Assembly: GCA_013265495.1 (NCBI GenBank)
Contig: MU058451.1
Span: 2,847,305 to 2,911,304 of the forward strand
DNA length: 64,000 bases
DNA from: Vicugna vicugna
Lineage: Eukaryota
Direction: 5' to 3'
The translations under genes and the position numbers were made by a program. Shown here piece by piece: positions 38,321-50,811 of this stretch (its first letter is position 1; each line of letters begins with the position of its first letter). Below the pieces are notes generated by a model. The model did no database searches. It worked only from the letters and a program-made list of their open reading frames with translations, and had not been told where the DNA came from.

Positions 38321-39149
38321 CAGCTCACCCCGCACCATTCTTCAGCCCTTGACCCGTCAAATCATTACGTAAGTATGAGCAGTATTAGGATTTAAAAGTT
38401 AAGCTACGCACTGGTAGATTTAGAAAAAGAAGACTTGGCCACAAAAGGAAATTCTCTACATTCAACTTTCCCCCTAAAGTTACTGTCATCTCTTTCCTAA
38501 TTGTGCGTTCTTGGGCAGGGGTTCATTTAGCTCACTGACCTGTATTTTAATACCTATAAAATGGGCAGAATAATACTATCTCCTGGGTTTCAGAAAAGAT
38601 TAGGTAATATCTATGGAAACACTTTGTAAATGGCAAAGTGCCAAACGTTAGTTACTGTGGTGGACGTTGTGTTATCCTGGTTGCTAGGACTTTAAGAATA
38701 AAGAGGATGTAGTCTTGGTCTGTAAGATGCTTTTTCTTGAAGCTCTGGTGGGGGTGGCCAGGCTGCCTTTGACGCACGTGTTCTAGTTGCCGCAGGTCAC
38801 ACAGGTTCCCGTTTCTCCCTCCTCCCTGGGTTAATGTAACTCAAAGAGCAGACCGAGTTTCCTTAAGGGAGTATCTTCTTTCCTCCCGTGCAGAACTCCA
38901 GTCTCCTAGTGTAGATTTTCCTGACGGCATCATTCATTTGTCAGTGACTGAAGCACAAGCAGAGAGGATGCTGGCTTGGGCTGCTTAGGGGAGGAGATGC
39001 CCCCTCCCCAAGGGGCCTGGCCCAGCGGAGATGAGGAGCCGGGGACCGTGACTAGCTTTGCCCAGATGTAAGGTGCGTGTAGAGGAGACTTGCCCCTTGT
39101 GCATTCATAACAACCGCCCTCCTTCCGTTGTCCAGAGAGCCTTCTTCAG

Positions 39150-39520
39150 TCTGAATGGAGCAGGTGACCGTCAAGCTCTGTTGCACCTGGGTGTGGCTGT
39201 GCCGCTAAGTTCTGTGATGTGAGCAGAAGTGACGCGTGCAACTTCCGGGTTGTGCCCTTAAAGGGACAAGGGCTTTCCTCAGTCCTCTCCCCTGGACTGT
39301 TGGCATCATGGCTGCAGCTGTAACAGTGAACTTGGACTATGAGATGGAAGCTGCCTGCTGAGAATGGGAGGACACCAAGATTTACAGAGCCAGTGTTCCC
39401 AACACCACAGGGAAACCGTGATCAGTAATGGAGTAATGCTTGCACTTCCTGTGACACAAGGGAGAAGCATGTGCCATCTTGTTTAAGCCTCTGTTATTTT
39501 GGCATTTGTTATAGCAGTGG
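39150..39520 (+). mobile_element. Old MaLR LTR (MLT1J/K-like)
   Basis: gatgtgagcagaagtgacgcgtgcaacttccggg...tcttgtttaagcctctgttattttggcatttgttatagcag. Confidence 0.7.
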
Positions 39521-39526
39521 TCTCTT

Positions 39527-39647
39527 TGTGTGTGTGTGGGGGTGATTAGGTTCATTTATTTACTTTTAAGGGAGATACTGGGAATTGAACCCAGGACCTT
39601 GTGCATGCTAAGCAAGCACTCTACCGCTGAGCTACACCCTCCCCCCC
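39527..39647 (-). mobile_element. tRNA-derived camelid-type SINE with TSD
   Basis: Minus strand GGGGGGAGGGTGTAGCTCAGCGGTAGAG...GGTTCAATTCC has Pol III A and B boxes; TSD gcag(t/c)ggt(c/t)tctt at 39514-39526 and 39648-39660. Confidence 0.9.
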
Positions 39648-40199
39648 GCAGCGGTTTCTTAAGCAATCCCATGAGAAAGGATGGACACCTGCATGCACTG
39701 TGGGAACCGTTTGATGAGGTAGCTTTTATTTAGTGGAATGAGCTCAGATGTTGATATTGAAAGACTGTTTTGGCATTGCCACATAGTAATTGTTGGGTTA
39801 TTAACCTCTCTGAGTCTGCTTCCTCATCTGTAAAATCATAATAATGACAGACACAGTGGTTTTATTGAGCACATCACTTGGTCCTGGTGCCACACATTGT
39901 TTGGGTTAAGTGAAACAGGAGAGTCTTAAGTAAACATAATACAAACGTTAGTTATTTGTTACATGAGCATTTGCTATGTGTATATAAGCATTATTATTAT
40001 TTGATTTTTTTCCCATACTGATTACTTATTTACTTCAACTGCTATTTGGCAGTGACCATTTCTGCGGCTTCAAATCCCCCAAAGGACCCAGTTTAAAACT
40101 GAGCACTTAATAGATGCTTAATGCATACGTGTTGAGGGCATGGCTTATTTCTAAGTGGGATACTTCTAGTCACAAGAATGACATTTTCTCTTGATCTAA

Positions 40200-40685
40200 A
40201 ACATTTTAATTGTTAAATAAGTAACAAAATGTACCATTGTAATAACTTATAAGGGGTACAATTCAATGGTGTTAAGTACATTCACACTGTGTAGTCACTG
40301 TTACCTACTTCCAGAATTTTTCAGCATTCTAAATAGAAACCCATACCCACTAAACAATGACTCCTTACTTTCTCCCTCCTTCAAGCCCCTAGTAAACTGT
40401 TTCACTTTCTGTCTCCATGATATTGCCTATTCTTGGCACCCCAATAAGTGGAATTACATAGCATTTGTCCCTTTGTGTCTGGCTTATTTCACTCAGCATA
40501 GTATTTTCAAAGTTCATCCATGTTATAGCATGTGTCAGGATTTCATTCCTTTTTAAAGCCGAATAGTGCTCTTCTGCACATATATAGCACAGTTTGTTTA
40601 TCCATTCATACACCGATGGACACTTGGGTGGCTTCCATCCCTTGGCTGTTGTCAGTAATGCTGCTGCGAACATGAGTGTACATGT
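40200..40685 (-). mobile_element. L1 (L1MB-like) 3' end
   Basis: ORF 40389-40673 (MFAAALLTTAKGWKPPKCPSVYEWINKL...) is the ORF2 C-terminus, plus 3'UTR. Confidence 0.88.
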
Positions 40686-41794
40686 CTTAATCTGATGTTA
40701 AAGCAACAGCTTTGACCTCACATCTGGAGTGGACACCTGTGTTTCTCTGTGCAGCACTGGGACCTGGCTCCTGTGTTTCTGTCGCAGGCATGCTTGGAAT
40801 ATTGGAAATGTCCCGTGGATGCCTAGACACAACGTCCAGTCCCTGGCATAGCTGTAAGAATGTGCTGCCATCTTCTCACTTTGCACGGAAGGACACTAAG
40901 GGACAGAGAGAACACAGGGAGGGTGACATTGGCGTGTATGGGCCCATCGTGGGTTTGCACAAGTGAGTTTCTCCTTGCCCATTCCTGGATGTGACATGTC
41001 TAAACAGATCTTGGCCAGCTGGATGAAGGGGGTGCCTCAGTTTGCTGAGGGGTCTGAGGTTGGCGACTTGGAGCTAGAGGTCATGCTTCTATACCCTGGT
41101 CCCGTACGTGCTGTGTGTTTGGCTGATAATCCTTTGGTTGTTGGCTCCCTGCTGCAGAAGCAGAAGCCAATGGCTCTGAAGCTGTGCTGCGGCAGAGGAG
41201 TGCCTGGGCAATGTGGCCATTCCTCCGACTTCTGAGAAATGCAAACAGGAGGACTCTAGGTCATCCAGCTCCAAAGACACAGCTCCCCAGACCTGCAGGT
41301 TTTATATGGGCTGCCAGTGACTTTTAGAATCCGTGTCAACAGAGAAAGCGTTGCGCGGCCCTGGAGTCGCTCTGTTGATCCTGTGGTCTGTGTGAGATCA
41401 GATTCCAGGGTGTTGGGATTTTGAATGTCTCTAAGTCTCAGACAGAGTCAGATGAGGACAGTACAGGCAGTTGTTCTTATATGTCCTTGGTTTTGGGATC
41501 TGTCCCTTTGGGTTTCAATCATTCAGTAAAAATGCAGCTCCTTGTATGTGTTGTGGTTTTAAACTTATGGTGTTTACTGCTTGTTAGACTGTGTAAAAAT
41601 CCTTAGAAGATACACCAAGAAAAATAAGGATGTTGGGCTGTTAGAAAAAAAAGGACTTAAATTTCATTTTTTGGTTGACTGTAGAAATACAAGAGTTTAT
41701 GGAATAGTACACCTCCAAACCCAGCGCCTGGGCTCTGGTCCCCTTATTTGTTTTGCTTGCTGGGTTTCTGAGAAATTAACTAGTTCACTCTCTT

Positions 41795-42020
41795 CTTTTT
41801 TATTAAATTATAATTGATGTACAATATTGTATAAGTTACACACGTACAATATAGTGATTCACAATTTTTAAAGGTTATGCTCCATTTATAGTTATTATAA
41901 AGTATCTTCTATATTCCCCACGTTGTACAGTGTATACCTGTAGGTTATTTTATCCCTAATAGTTTGCACCTCTTAATCCCCTACCCCTGTATTGCCCCTC
42001 TCCACTTGCTTCTCTCATGT
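41795..42020 (-). mobile_element. L1 (L1MA-like) 3' end
   Basis: ataattgatgtacaatattgtataagtt...tttaaaggttatgctccatttatagttattataa. Confidence 0.8.
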
Positions 42021-42775
42021 TTCGCTTACTCTTTTAATTGAAAAAGAAATATATGCCTATTGCCTGAGCCTTGGAAACAGAGCTTGGAGAAAAGCTTAAG
42101 TGCTACTGGATAATTGGGAGGTTCAGTGATGAGGCGGCTACTGTGAGGGAAGGGGAATCAATGAGGTTGAGAGGAACAGGAAGCAGATAATAAGGTGATG
42201 TGTTAAGTGATGTGAAGGTGGCCGCTGCTTCACCACTGGATCTGGCCAGTTTCTCACCCCCGAGTGGTAGCTCTGGATAAGTTGTGCAGAAACACCATGC
42301 CCTGGGGCAGTCCCTCGGGGGCTGAATGAGGAATAAATATATGTGTTGGCTCTCTCCCATCTTGGGTCCTCCCATCCGGTGAAGTTCACCCCACAGAATA
42401 GTATTTCCCCTGCACTGCCAGGTTGCATTACCTGACTGCTTAGCAGCTGCTGAGAAGTCAGACCCCAGGGTGTGGTCCTTCATCTGAAGCAGTGGGAGGA
42501 GTCAGAGATGCTGGCCATTAAGTTCACCTGGTGGAACCAGTGTGTCACAGAGGCAGCAAATGAGAGGGACAAGCATCAGAGGGTAAGGACAGAGCTGAAG
42601 CTGGAGAGTCGAAGGCAGCCCCTAAGATGTGTCGATACAGCCATGGTAAACATTGAAGCAATAGCAAAGAATACACAATAAATAAGTTTCCTTTCCATTG
42701 CAGGCCTTCAAGTCACTGTCTGTAGTTTGCCACAACTTCCCTCACGTATCAAACTTTCATCTATGTTTATATGAT

Positions 42776-43235
42776 TGTATCAGTTAGGATAAGCTTTGCT
42801 GCTTGTAGCAAAACCCCCAAATATATGCCTTAAACAAGATAAGAGATTTTTTTGTTCTCCATTGTACAGAAGTCAGAGGAAAGGCAGCTTCCTGGTTATC
42901 ATTCTGTTCCATCACGGTAGCATGGCTTCTATCCTCAAAGTAGCTTTATGTTTTCAAAATAGATACTGGAGCTCTAGCCAGTACCAGGCCAAGAGAAAAC
43001 AGAAAGGCCAAAAGGGTGTGCTCTCCTAGCTGAGTTCCCCTCATTTAGGCAGTTTTCTCCGAGGCTCTGCCTGACAATTTCCACTTATGTCTCATTGGCC
43101 ATCCCTAGCTGCAAAGGAGGCTGGGAAGTAAGGCCTTATTGGCAGGTACTCTGCAGCCCGGAATAAAATTGGGGTTCACTGAGTAAGGATGAGGGAAAGA
43201 ATGAATACTGGGTAGGCAACTAGCAGCTTCATTTT
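42776..43235 (-). mobile_element. Old MaLR LTR (MLT1K/L-like)
   Basis: tgtatcagttaggataag...ctcattggccatccctagctgcaaaggaggctgggaag...tactgggtaggcaactagcag. Confidence 0.7.
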
Positions 43236-43319
43236 ACATAGATTGAACACCATGCTTGTAAAAGTTTCATGCATCTTGGATATTGCTCCAAAGTAAGGCA
43301 TGGAAACTTACTTTATTAA

Positions 43320-43740
43320 TTTGACTACCTGCACTGCATTCCATTGTGTGGAAATACTAACATTTACCTAACATGTCCTCTGTGGGTAGATATTTAAATT
43401 ACTTTCAGTATTTTGGCTGTTACAAACAGTGCTACTGTTAACATCCTTATACATATGTATTCGCTCATTATTTGAGTATATGTCTCCAGAATACATTTAC
43501 AAATGAGGAATGCCTGGGTTAAAAGGGTAACTGTATTTTATGTTTTACCATATATTGTCAAATAGCTTTCCAAAGTGTTACCATTAATTTCTATTCTACC
43601 CAACAGTGTATGAGTCCTTATTGCCATCCAGGTAAGTACTGTGAAAAAAATACAGGTAACACTGTGTACTATTAAAATACCTTTATGACTTGCCCCAGCT
43701 TGATAGGTAAAAATGGTACCCTGTCAATTTGAATTTTATT
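43320..43740 (-). mobile_element. Ancient L1 (L1ME-like) ORF2 3' fragment
   Basis: ttggctgttacaaacagtgctactgttaacatcctt...caccaacagtgtatgag-like pattern. Confidence 0.65.
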
Positions 43741-43914
43741 AATCGTGTCATTAACTTTTTGAGCAGTCATAGAAGTTGTCAGTTCTACTTATTTCCTGGC
43801 CCTAAACAAGTTTAGATCAAGGGGTATTTATATTACTCTTCAAGATTCAGAAACAAAGATTTAAACTTTTAATTTGTAATCCATTCTAGTGGATGAAAAT
43901 TTTTTAAACATTAA

Positions 43915-45435
43915 AAAAACATATTTATTGATATATAATTCACATACCATAAAATTCACCCTCTTAAAGTGCACAATTCAGTGGGTTTTAATATAGTCAC
44001 AGAATTGTGCAACCATCACTATTATATCAGAATATTTTCTTCACCCTGAAAAGAAACTCGGGACCCATTAGCAGTCACTCCTCATTCTCTCCGTCCCCAC
44101 AGTCACTAAGCTACTTTCTGTTTCTGTGGCTCTGCCTGTTTGTCTATTCTGGACATTTCATATTCATGGAATCATGTAATACTTGGGGTTTTGTGACTGG
44201 ATACTTTCACTCAGCATAATATTCTCAAAGCGTATCCCTGATGTAGTATGTATCAGTACTTCATTCTTTATTCTATTTTTGGTAAAATATATATAACATA
44301 ATATTTATCATTTTGATCATTTGTAAGTGTACAGTTAAGTGGCATTAAATACATTTATAATGTTGGTTACTCATCACCACTGTCTATACCCAGGGCTTTT
44401 TCATCATCCCCAATGTCAATTCTATGCCCATTAAACAGTAACTCCCCTTTCTGCCTCCTCCAGCCCCCAGTAACCTCTATGCTACTTTCTGTGTCTGTGA
44501 ATTGCTCATTTTCGGTGCCCCATATGAGTGGAATTATGCAGTAGTTGTCCTTTTGTGTATAGCTTATTTCCCTAAGCATGATTTTTCAAGGCTCATCCGT
44601 TTTATAGCATATGTTAAAATTTGACTCCTTCCTATGGCTGAATTGTGTCCCATGTACGTACAGAACACATTTTCTTTATCCATGAATCTGTTGACAGGCA
44701 CTTAGATTATTTCCACTTTTCGGCTCTTGTGAATAATGCTGTCATGAACATGGTAAACAGATGTCTGTTGGAGTTCCTGCCTTCAGTTCTTTTGGGTATA
44801 TACCCAGGAGTGGAACTGCTAGGTTATAAAGTAGTTCTGTGTTTAACTTTCTTAGAAAGTGCAGACTGTTTCCCACAGGGGCCACACCGCTTTCCATTCC
44901 CTTCAGCAATGCACGAAGGTTCTGACTTCATATTCTCACCAACACTTGTCCGCTTTCTAAAAAAACCTTTAGCCATCCTAGTGGGTGCAGGTGAGGTGTG
45001 CATTTGCCTAATAACTAATGACGGTGAGCATCTTTTCATGTGCTTATTGGTCACTTGTATGTCTTCTTTGGAGACGTGAGTTTTCAAATCTGTTGCTCAT
45101 TTTAAAAATTGGTTTGTCCTTTTCTTGTTAGGTTGTAAGCATTCTTTATCTTTCTAGGTAGAAGTCACTTGCAAGATGTATGATTTGCAAATATTTTCTT
45201 CGTCCTGTGGTTGTTTTTCCACTTTCTAGATGGTGTCCTTGAAGCACAAAGTTTTTAATTTTGATGACGTGCAAGTTTGTTGCTTGTGTTTTTGGTGTCA
45301 TGTGTAAGAAACCATTGCTTAGTCCAAGATTATTAAAACTTATTTCCATGTTTTATTCTAAAAATTGTCTAGTCTTAGCTTTTATTTTTAGGCTTTTAAT
45401 TCATTTTGAGTTAATTTTTATATGTATGATGTGAA
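43915..45435 (-). mobile_element. Nested/tandem L1MB-like elements (two 3' ends at about 43915 and 44275)
   Basis: Two similar 3'UTR starts; ORF2 C-terminal peptides in ORFs 44367-44579, 44824-45087 and 45146-45349. Confidence 0.85.
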
Positions 45436-45544
45436 GTTGGAGTGAAATGCCTTTAAAACCATTTTTATAAAACAAGAAGTTTTTCATTACACTTAACGTG
45501 TTATACAACCTCCCTCAGTTTTAGCCCATTTTCCTTCAGTACAT

Positions 45545-46250
45545 CTTCATTCACTCACCTATTCAACAAGTATTTATTGAGCAATTGTTTTGTGCCAGGC
45601 TCCAGCATAGAAGAATGCACAGGGGACTAAGGAATAGTCTATTTTCAATGAGCCAGCAGTGGAGAAGGAACACAAACAAGGCAATCAACAATTAGTGGAT
45701 GCTACAGTGATAGAAGGGGCACTTAATCTATCCCGAGGAGGTCCAGGGAATGCTTCTCTGGAAAAATAATGACTGACTTGAGCATCGAATGATGAAGTCA
45801 AGTTTGTTGGATGAAGAAGTGCAGTGGGAGAGAGATGACATTCCAGGTAGGGTGAAAGCAAATGTAAAGAAAGTCATGGCGCCCACGAGGAACTGTGGTG
45901 CACGTGCAGACGTGACCGTGAGGTTATTGTGTGATGTACCATACCGGAGGTCTCTATTATAGTTCTGGCAGCAAAGAACAAAGGTGAGTAGACCTTGCTC
46001 CTGGAGGCCTTTGCTATCACATAGATAAGAAATTATCAGAGGCTCAACTAAATTAGAGGCGATGGAAATGAAGCGAGAGGTAGATTCAAAGAATATTTCA
46101 GGAGGTTGAATTGATGGGAGTTGATGATGGATTAGATTTGGCCAGTGAAAAGAATGTGGTGCCTAGGATTATAGCTTTGGGGACCTTCGGGGACAGGGGT
46201 GCAGTTAGTTCACTGAAATGATGAATTCAGTTAGGGACCTAAATATGGTC
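45545..46250 (-). mobile_element. L2 fragment
   Basis: cattcactcacctattcaacaagtatttattgagcaattgttttgtgccaggc, followed by a purine-rich body. Confidence 0.75.
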
Positions 46251-47779
46251 TGTAAATAACTACTACATTTTAAGTAAACTTGGACCAGGTTCAAAGCTTC
46301 CAGAAGGCGTCAAAGAAGCTGGTTGAAGTGTTCTACTCTTTCTGCAAAGCCTGATTCAGTTTCTTCCATTTGAGTTCTTAAATGAGGAGTTTCTTGTACT
46401 AGTGCTGACACATTACTGGATTAAGCCCGTGTTCCTTTCCCTCCCTCCTTCTCTCCATCCTTTGTCTCTTTCCTTTTCCAATACTCTTGCAAATTTGTGT
46501 TAAACTAGCCCACTGCAGGCTGGGGCGGGTAGGGGTGGGGTGGGGGTGGCAAAAACCCAGGACTTCCCAGCACTGCTCTTTTGCTCTCTGTGTCGTGGCC
46601 CCTCTGTATGTTGGAGGGCTCACCAGATCCCAGTGGATGTAAAGGAATTTGCTTTCCTGCTCGTTCCCTTGGTAAAAGCACTGTTTGAAACAAGCAGATG
46701 CTTCATAAGGAGGAAAAGCTGTTGTTAGAATAGGAAATGTGGATAATTGGCGTGCCTCCTTCATCTGCCAACGCTGCCCTGAAAACAAGCCTCCACGGAG
46801 CTCAGCTTTGCCTCCGTGCAGCTGTGGCTCCCAGCATGCAGAGTCTGTTCTTTGGGAATTAGAAACACGTTGATCTGAGCTGTAAGAGCTGATGGCTAAA
46901 AACAGCCCAATTGCCTCTGTCGTCCGACAGTTCAGTCAGCGGGGCTGTCAGGGTGCCAGCCTTTTGCTTTGCTGTGACCTCGCTTTCCAACAGCCAGATA
47001 ACGGGCACGTGTACCTCCTCAAGCTCAGGCAACCCAGGGGAGCGGAGAGTCAGCGCATGTCTGTCTGAGGCCAGGGAAGTGGAATTTAATTTTGTATTTC
47101 CTGTGGCCCCTAGCAGCGTTCTTCCAGGAGCAAAGGTAGTTCAAATCATTCACTCTCAGGTGAGCTCACGGGGCTTGGAGCAGACCTGTGGGCCACTGCT
47201 GTCCCAGGATCTCTAGAGAGAGCTGACACAGGACTGCCTTCCCGTTGGTCTCTGGGGAGGGCAGGGGGGCAGCTGAAGACAGAGAGCCTGCCTCTCCCTG
47301 GGGCCTGGGACAGACACTGACATTGTATAGTTGCCCACAAGGCTGAAGTTCGAGAACTCTCGCCTACAGGACTCTCACCTGGAGCTCCTGAGGAAGTCAG
47401 AGGGAACACCCCTTCCCCCGAGCCTCAGGCAGGTGGTACTGATTTGCTGGTTTGCTCATCAAAGGCTCACCTTCAACCCAGTGTTGGTTTGCTCGGGTGC
47501 CGGAGCTCACCGCAGCCTGACCGGTCAGCTTGCAGAGCTGGGGTAGGGGCACGGGACCCGAAATCCCCAACAGGAGAGTAAGAACCACAGCCACTGGACA
47601 CAAAAAGCCAACGTGACTGGCGCAGGTGACTCCAAAGCAAAGCTCTTTCCGCAGACAAGGTAAGAAAGAACTTTAAACAAAAAAATCATGAAAATTCTTA
47701 AGGAGATGAAATGAGAGCTTTTGAAGTCTTTCTGGAACTAAAGAATTACGGTTTGTTTTGTTTCGTTTTTTAAAGAAAT

Positions 47780-48215
47780 TCAGTCAGTAGGTACGTTTGG
47801 AGCACTTACTACTGTTAAAACGACCTTACGCCGAGTGCTGCGAGGAATCCAGTGATGGCTGAGAGTGTCCCTTTGCTCAAGGCCTTTACGCTCTATTAAA
47901 GAAAAGACAGCTATACATAAACGAGATGGTGCAAAGCAGGGTGATGTAAGAGCTCATATGAGGGAGGAATCTGGTGTCTTTGCACATAGAAGGAGCCGTT
48001 CATTCTCACCAGCAGATGTTTCACGAGGGAGCGCGCTTCCAGCCGGGCTGCGGGGTGAGGGGAGGGTCTCTGCTGGGGAGGCCGCGGGACCGATGGGGCG
48101 CGGGGTGGTGAGGCCAGAGCGATGTTGTGGAGATGAGGTTGGAAGGTGGTGAGCAGTCAAGCCAGGGCCTTGGCTGCCATGATACGAAATTTGAGGGCCA
48201 TGGCGGTGGATGAAC
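47780..48215 (-). mobile_element. L2 fragment, unusually CpG-rich
   Basis: ttcagtcagtaggtacgtttggagcacttactactg...gtccctttgctcaagg...tggagatgaggttggaagg. Confidence 0.55.
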
Positions 48216-49039
48216 AGAGCAAAATTTAGCTACCCTGAGGGGTTCCGGAGCGGGAGAAGCCGTGGGAAGGACCCGGACTTCGGCCCCAGGCCCTCTCAGG
48301 TTTAAAGGCATGTGCCCCAGGAGGCATCTCGCTGGTGGCCCTCCTGTGCTGGTGTCGCTTATGTAAGAAAGAGAAATGTCCTAAGGAATAGGAGTAAGAT
48401 ACACGTGTGTTCGGCGTGTCAGCGCCTCTCGGTGTAGGTCTGCTGCCTGAGTCAACAACTCAGAGAAAGGCTTGGCTATGCTAGAGTCAGTTTATAGTTG
48501 AGGTACTTGGCTGCTGAAAGTGGCTTCTCTAAGTTGCCTGAGCCAGCAGGAATTCTAGTCCTGATTTGAGCCCAGAGCCCACATTCTTCCCCTTGAAATG
48601 CACTGCTCCATGGAGAGAGAAGCCAACACAGAGAGGGTTGTGTAACCGGTGCCTTCAAGGAGTTTACCATCTGGCTTCTTTAACACAGGAAGTTGGCCTT
48701 TGAAAAGCCAAAGCTGCTGCAGGGCTGTGGTGCTAGTAAAATTAGAGGAAGAGCAGTCCCTGAGAGAGGCTATGGTCGTGGGGGGCTTCCTGGAGGAAGC
48801 AGACTTCCCCGTGGACTTGGCTGGAGAGAGGGAATTCCAGGCTGGTGGATGCTGGGACGTGCTGCCCAGAACGCTGTTCAGGAATGAGGGACTTCCTACC
48901 CCCCACTGTCGGAAGATGGCCCTCAGTTGTCACCCTTTGGGGATTGTCTCAGCTGAAGAGAACTATCTCATTCAAGGTCCCAGAAACTGCTAGAGGAAGT
49001 CCACGCCCGGTGACTGACCAAGGTCGGGTGATAGACGTG

Positions 49040-49265
49040 GTTCTCCTCCCCAGCTTGGGACAACTCGGAAGGTTATGTCAACCCTTGGTCTCTCCCCAAG
49101 GTCAGCTGAGGTCCTTCTCAGGGCTGCATCACAGCTGAGCCTCCGCTCTCCTGCTCCTCCTTCTTCTCTCGCCCTTCCCCGGGTGCTGACCCGGGAGCTC
49201 TCCCTAACAGACGTCTGCGTGCTAATCCTCGTCTCTGTCGGCTTCTTGGAGAACCCCACCTGTCA
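49040..49265 (+). mobile_element. ERVL LTR (LTR16-like) 3' part
   Basis: ccgggagctctccctaacagacgtctgcgtgctaatcctcgtctctgtcggcttcttggagaacccc resembles an LTR16 end. Confidence 0.55.
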
Positions 49266-50811
49266 CCGTTGGGTTCACACAATGACTTGTTGCTTTGGGC
49301 TGCAGCTGAATCTGTCTGATTCAGACCATTCCTGGGGTGCTGTGTGGTGGGGGGGGCAAGAGAGCAACACAGAAGGTTGCTGGGTACCCAAGAGCCCTCC
49401 CCCCAATGTGTTCTCTTATAGGACCTGTGGCCTGTCCCTGTCCCCTGCCTTCTACCTATTCCCTTAACATTCTTGTCTGGAAGGGACACATTCTCTAATG
49501 CCTGCTGGGACGGAGCTGAGTGTGTGTACATGTCTGTGTGTGGGTGGCGGTGGTGGTCAGGGTGGGAGGAGTTTTGGGAGAGGGGGCACCATCTTCTAAA
49601 TGCCTTTGCAGCCGCTCTGTTATGTGGAGAGAGGAACAGAGCATGGAATGGGAAGTTGGGAGGGACTGGCTGGGAATGAGGTCTAGCACTGAGTGGGAAG
49701 GAGAATCCCAGCCTAGGAAGGATGCTTAAGTGGTCTCAATCTTTCTCACCTGTGCCCACTTTCGATGGCTATAAAAATAAAAATACTTGGCTCTAAAGGA
49801 TCACTGATACGGAGAACAGAGAGCCCAGTGTCTGCACGCCACCAGGGGAGTTCCATGGGGATTTATTTTCTGTAGTTTAGATGATGCAAGCAGCTTTATG
49901 CATACAAAATTATAAACTGTAATACTGAGATTCCCTGTCTTTGTGTAAGGCTGTGTCCAAGGGAACCTGGAAAATCTGGTCGGCCAGGGCTGTGGGTGCC
50001 CCTTTCATGCTGAGCAGCTCCTGGAACTCGGGGGCCCCAGGAACCCTCTTGCCCACCAATTACAGGAGGGTGCATGCCTGACAAGTTATCTCTGGGCTGC
50101 CTGGCTGGCCTGTGGCTATTCAAACACAGCGCTTAACTTTCCAGTGAGTTTTCCGATGGGCTCTCTGCCCCTTCCCTGGCCGAGTTCTCATGGCCAAGTG
50201 CTGGCCAGTTGGCAAGCCAAGACCCAGCAGGGGGCTGGCTCCCACTGAGGGGTATACCCACCTTCAGACACTGAGAATCTTGTATTGGAAAGGGTCCTGT
50301 GAATGCGTGGGGGTGTGTTTCTTGTAGTTTTTAGAGCTGTGAAGAAGCTGGTATACATTGTTTTAATAAGGAGGTCATAGGCTCAGAGCAAAGTTTCAGA
50401 CTTGGCTTTGTATCTCTGGCAAGTCCTAGCAGCGCGCTGGAAAAGGCGGGCGGGGGCGGGGGCAGGGAGACCGGTTTGGATGCTCCTGTGATGCATCTGA
50501 CCAAGCAGTGGTCATGAGGAGGAGAGCTGGGAGGGCGGCAGCGGGACTGGGAAGGAGGGAATCACTTGAGACACCCTGGAGGCAGCTGTGTGAGACGTAA
50601 CAATGACTCCAGCGGTGAGAAGGCCGGTTTCAGCCCTGGGGGAATGGTGGCTGATAATGCTGTGAAAAGACACTGGAAGTCGGTTCTCATCAACCCTGTG
50701 AGACAGTCTTCAAAAACAGATCCGGTTTCAGATTCTAGCGCTGTTACTACTTGCTGTGTGGGTGCCATTTCATAGACATGTCACCTCAAGGAGTCAGATT
50801 TGTTGCTGCTG

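Noticed and set aside
39527..39647. tRNA gene (also 54372-54490)
   Set aside because: The A and B boxes belong to a SINE head with an A-rich tail and, for the first copy, a TSD; there is no complete acceptor stem.
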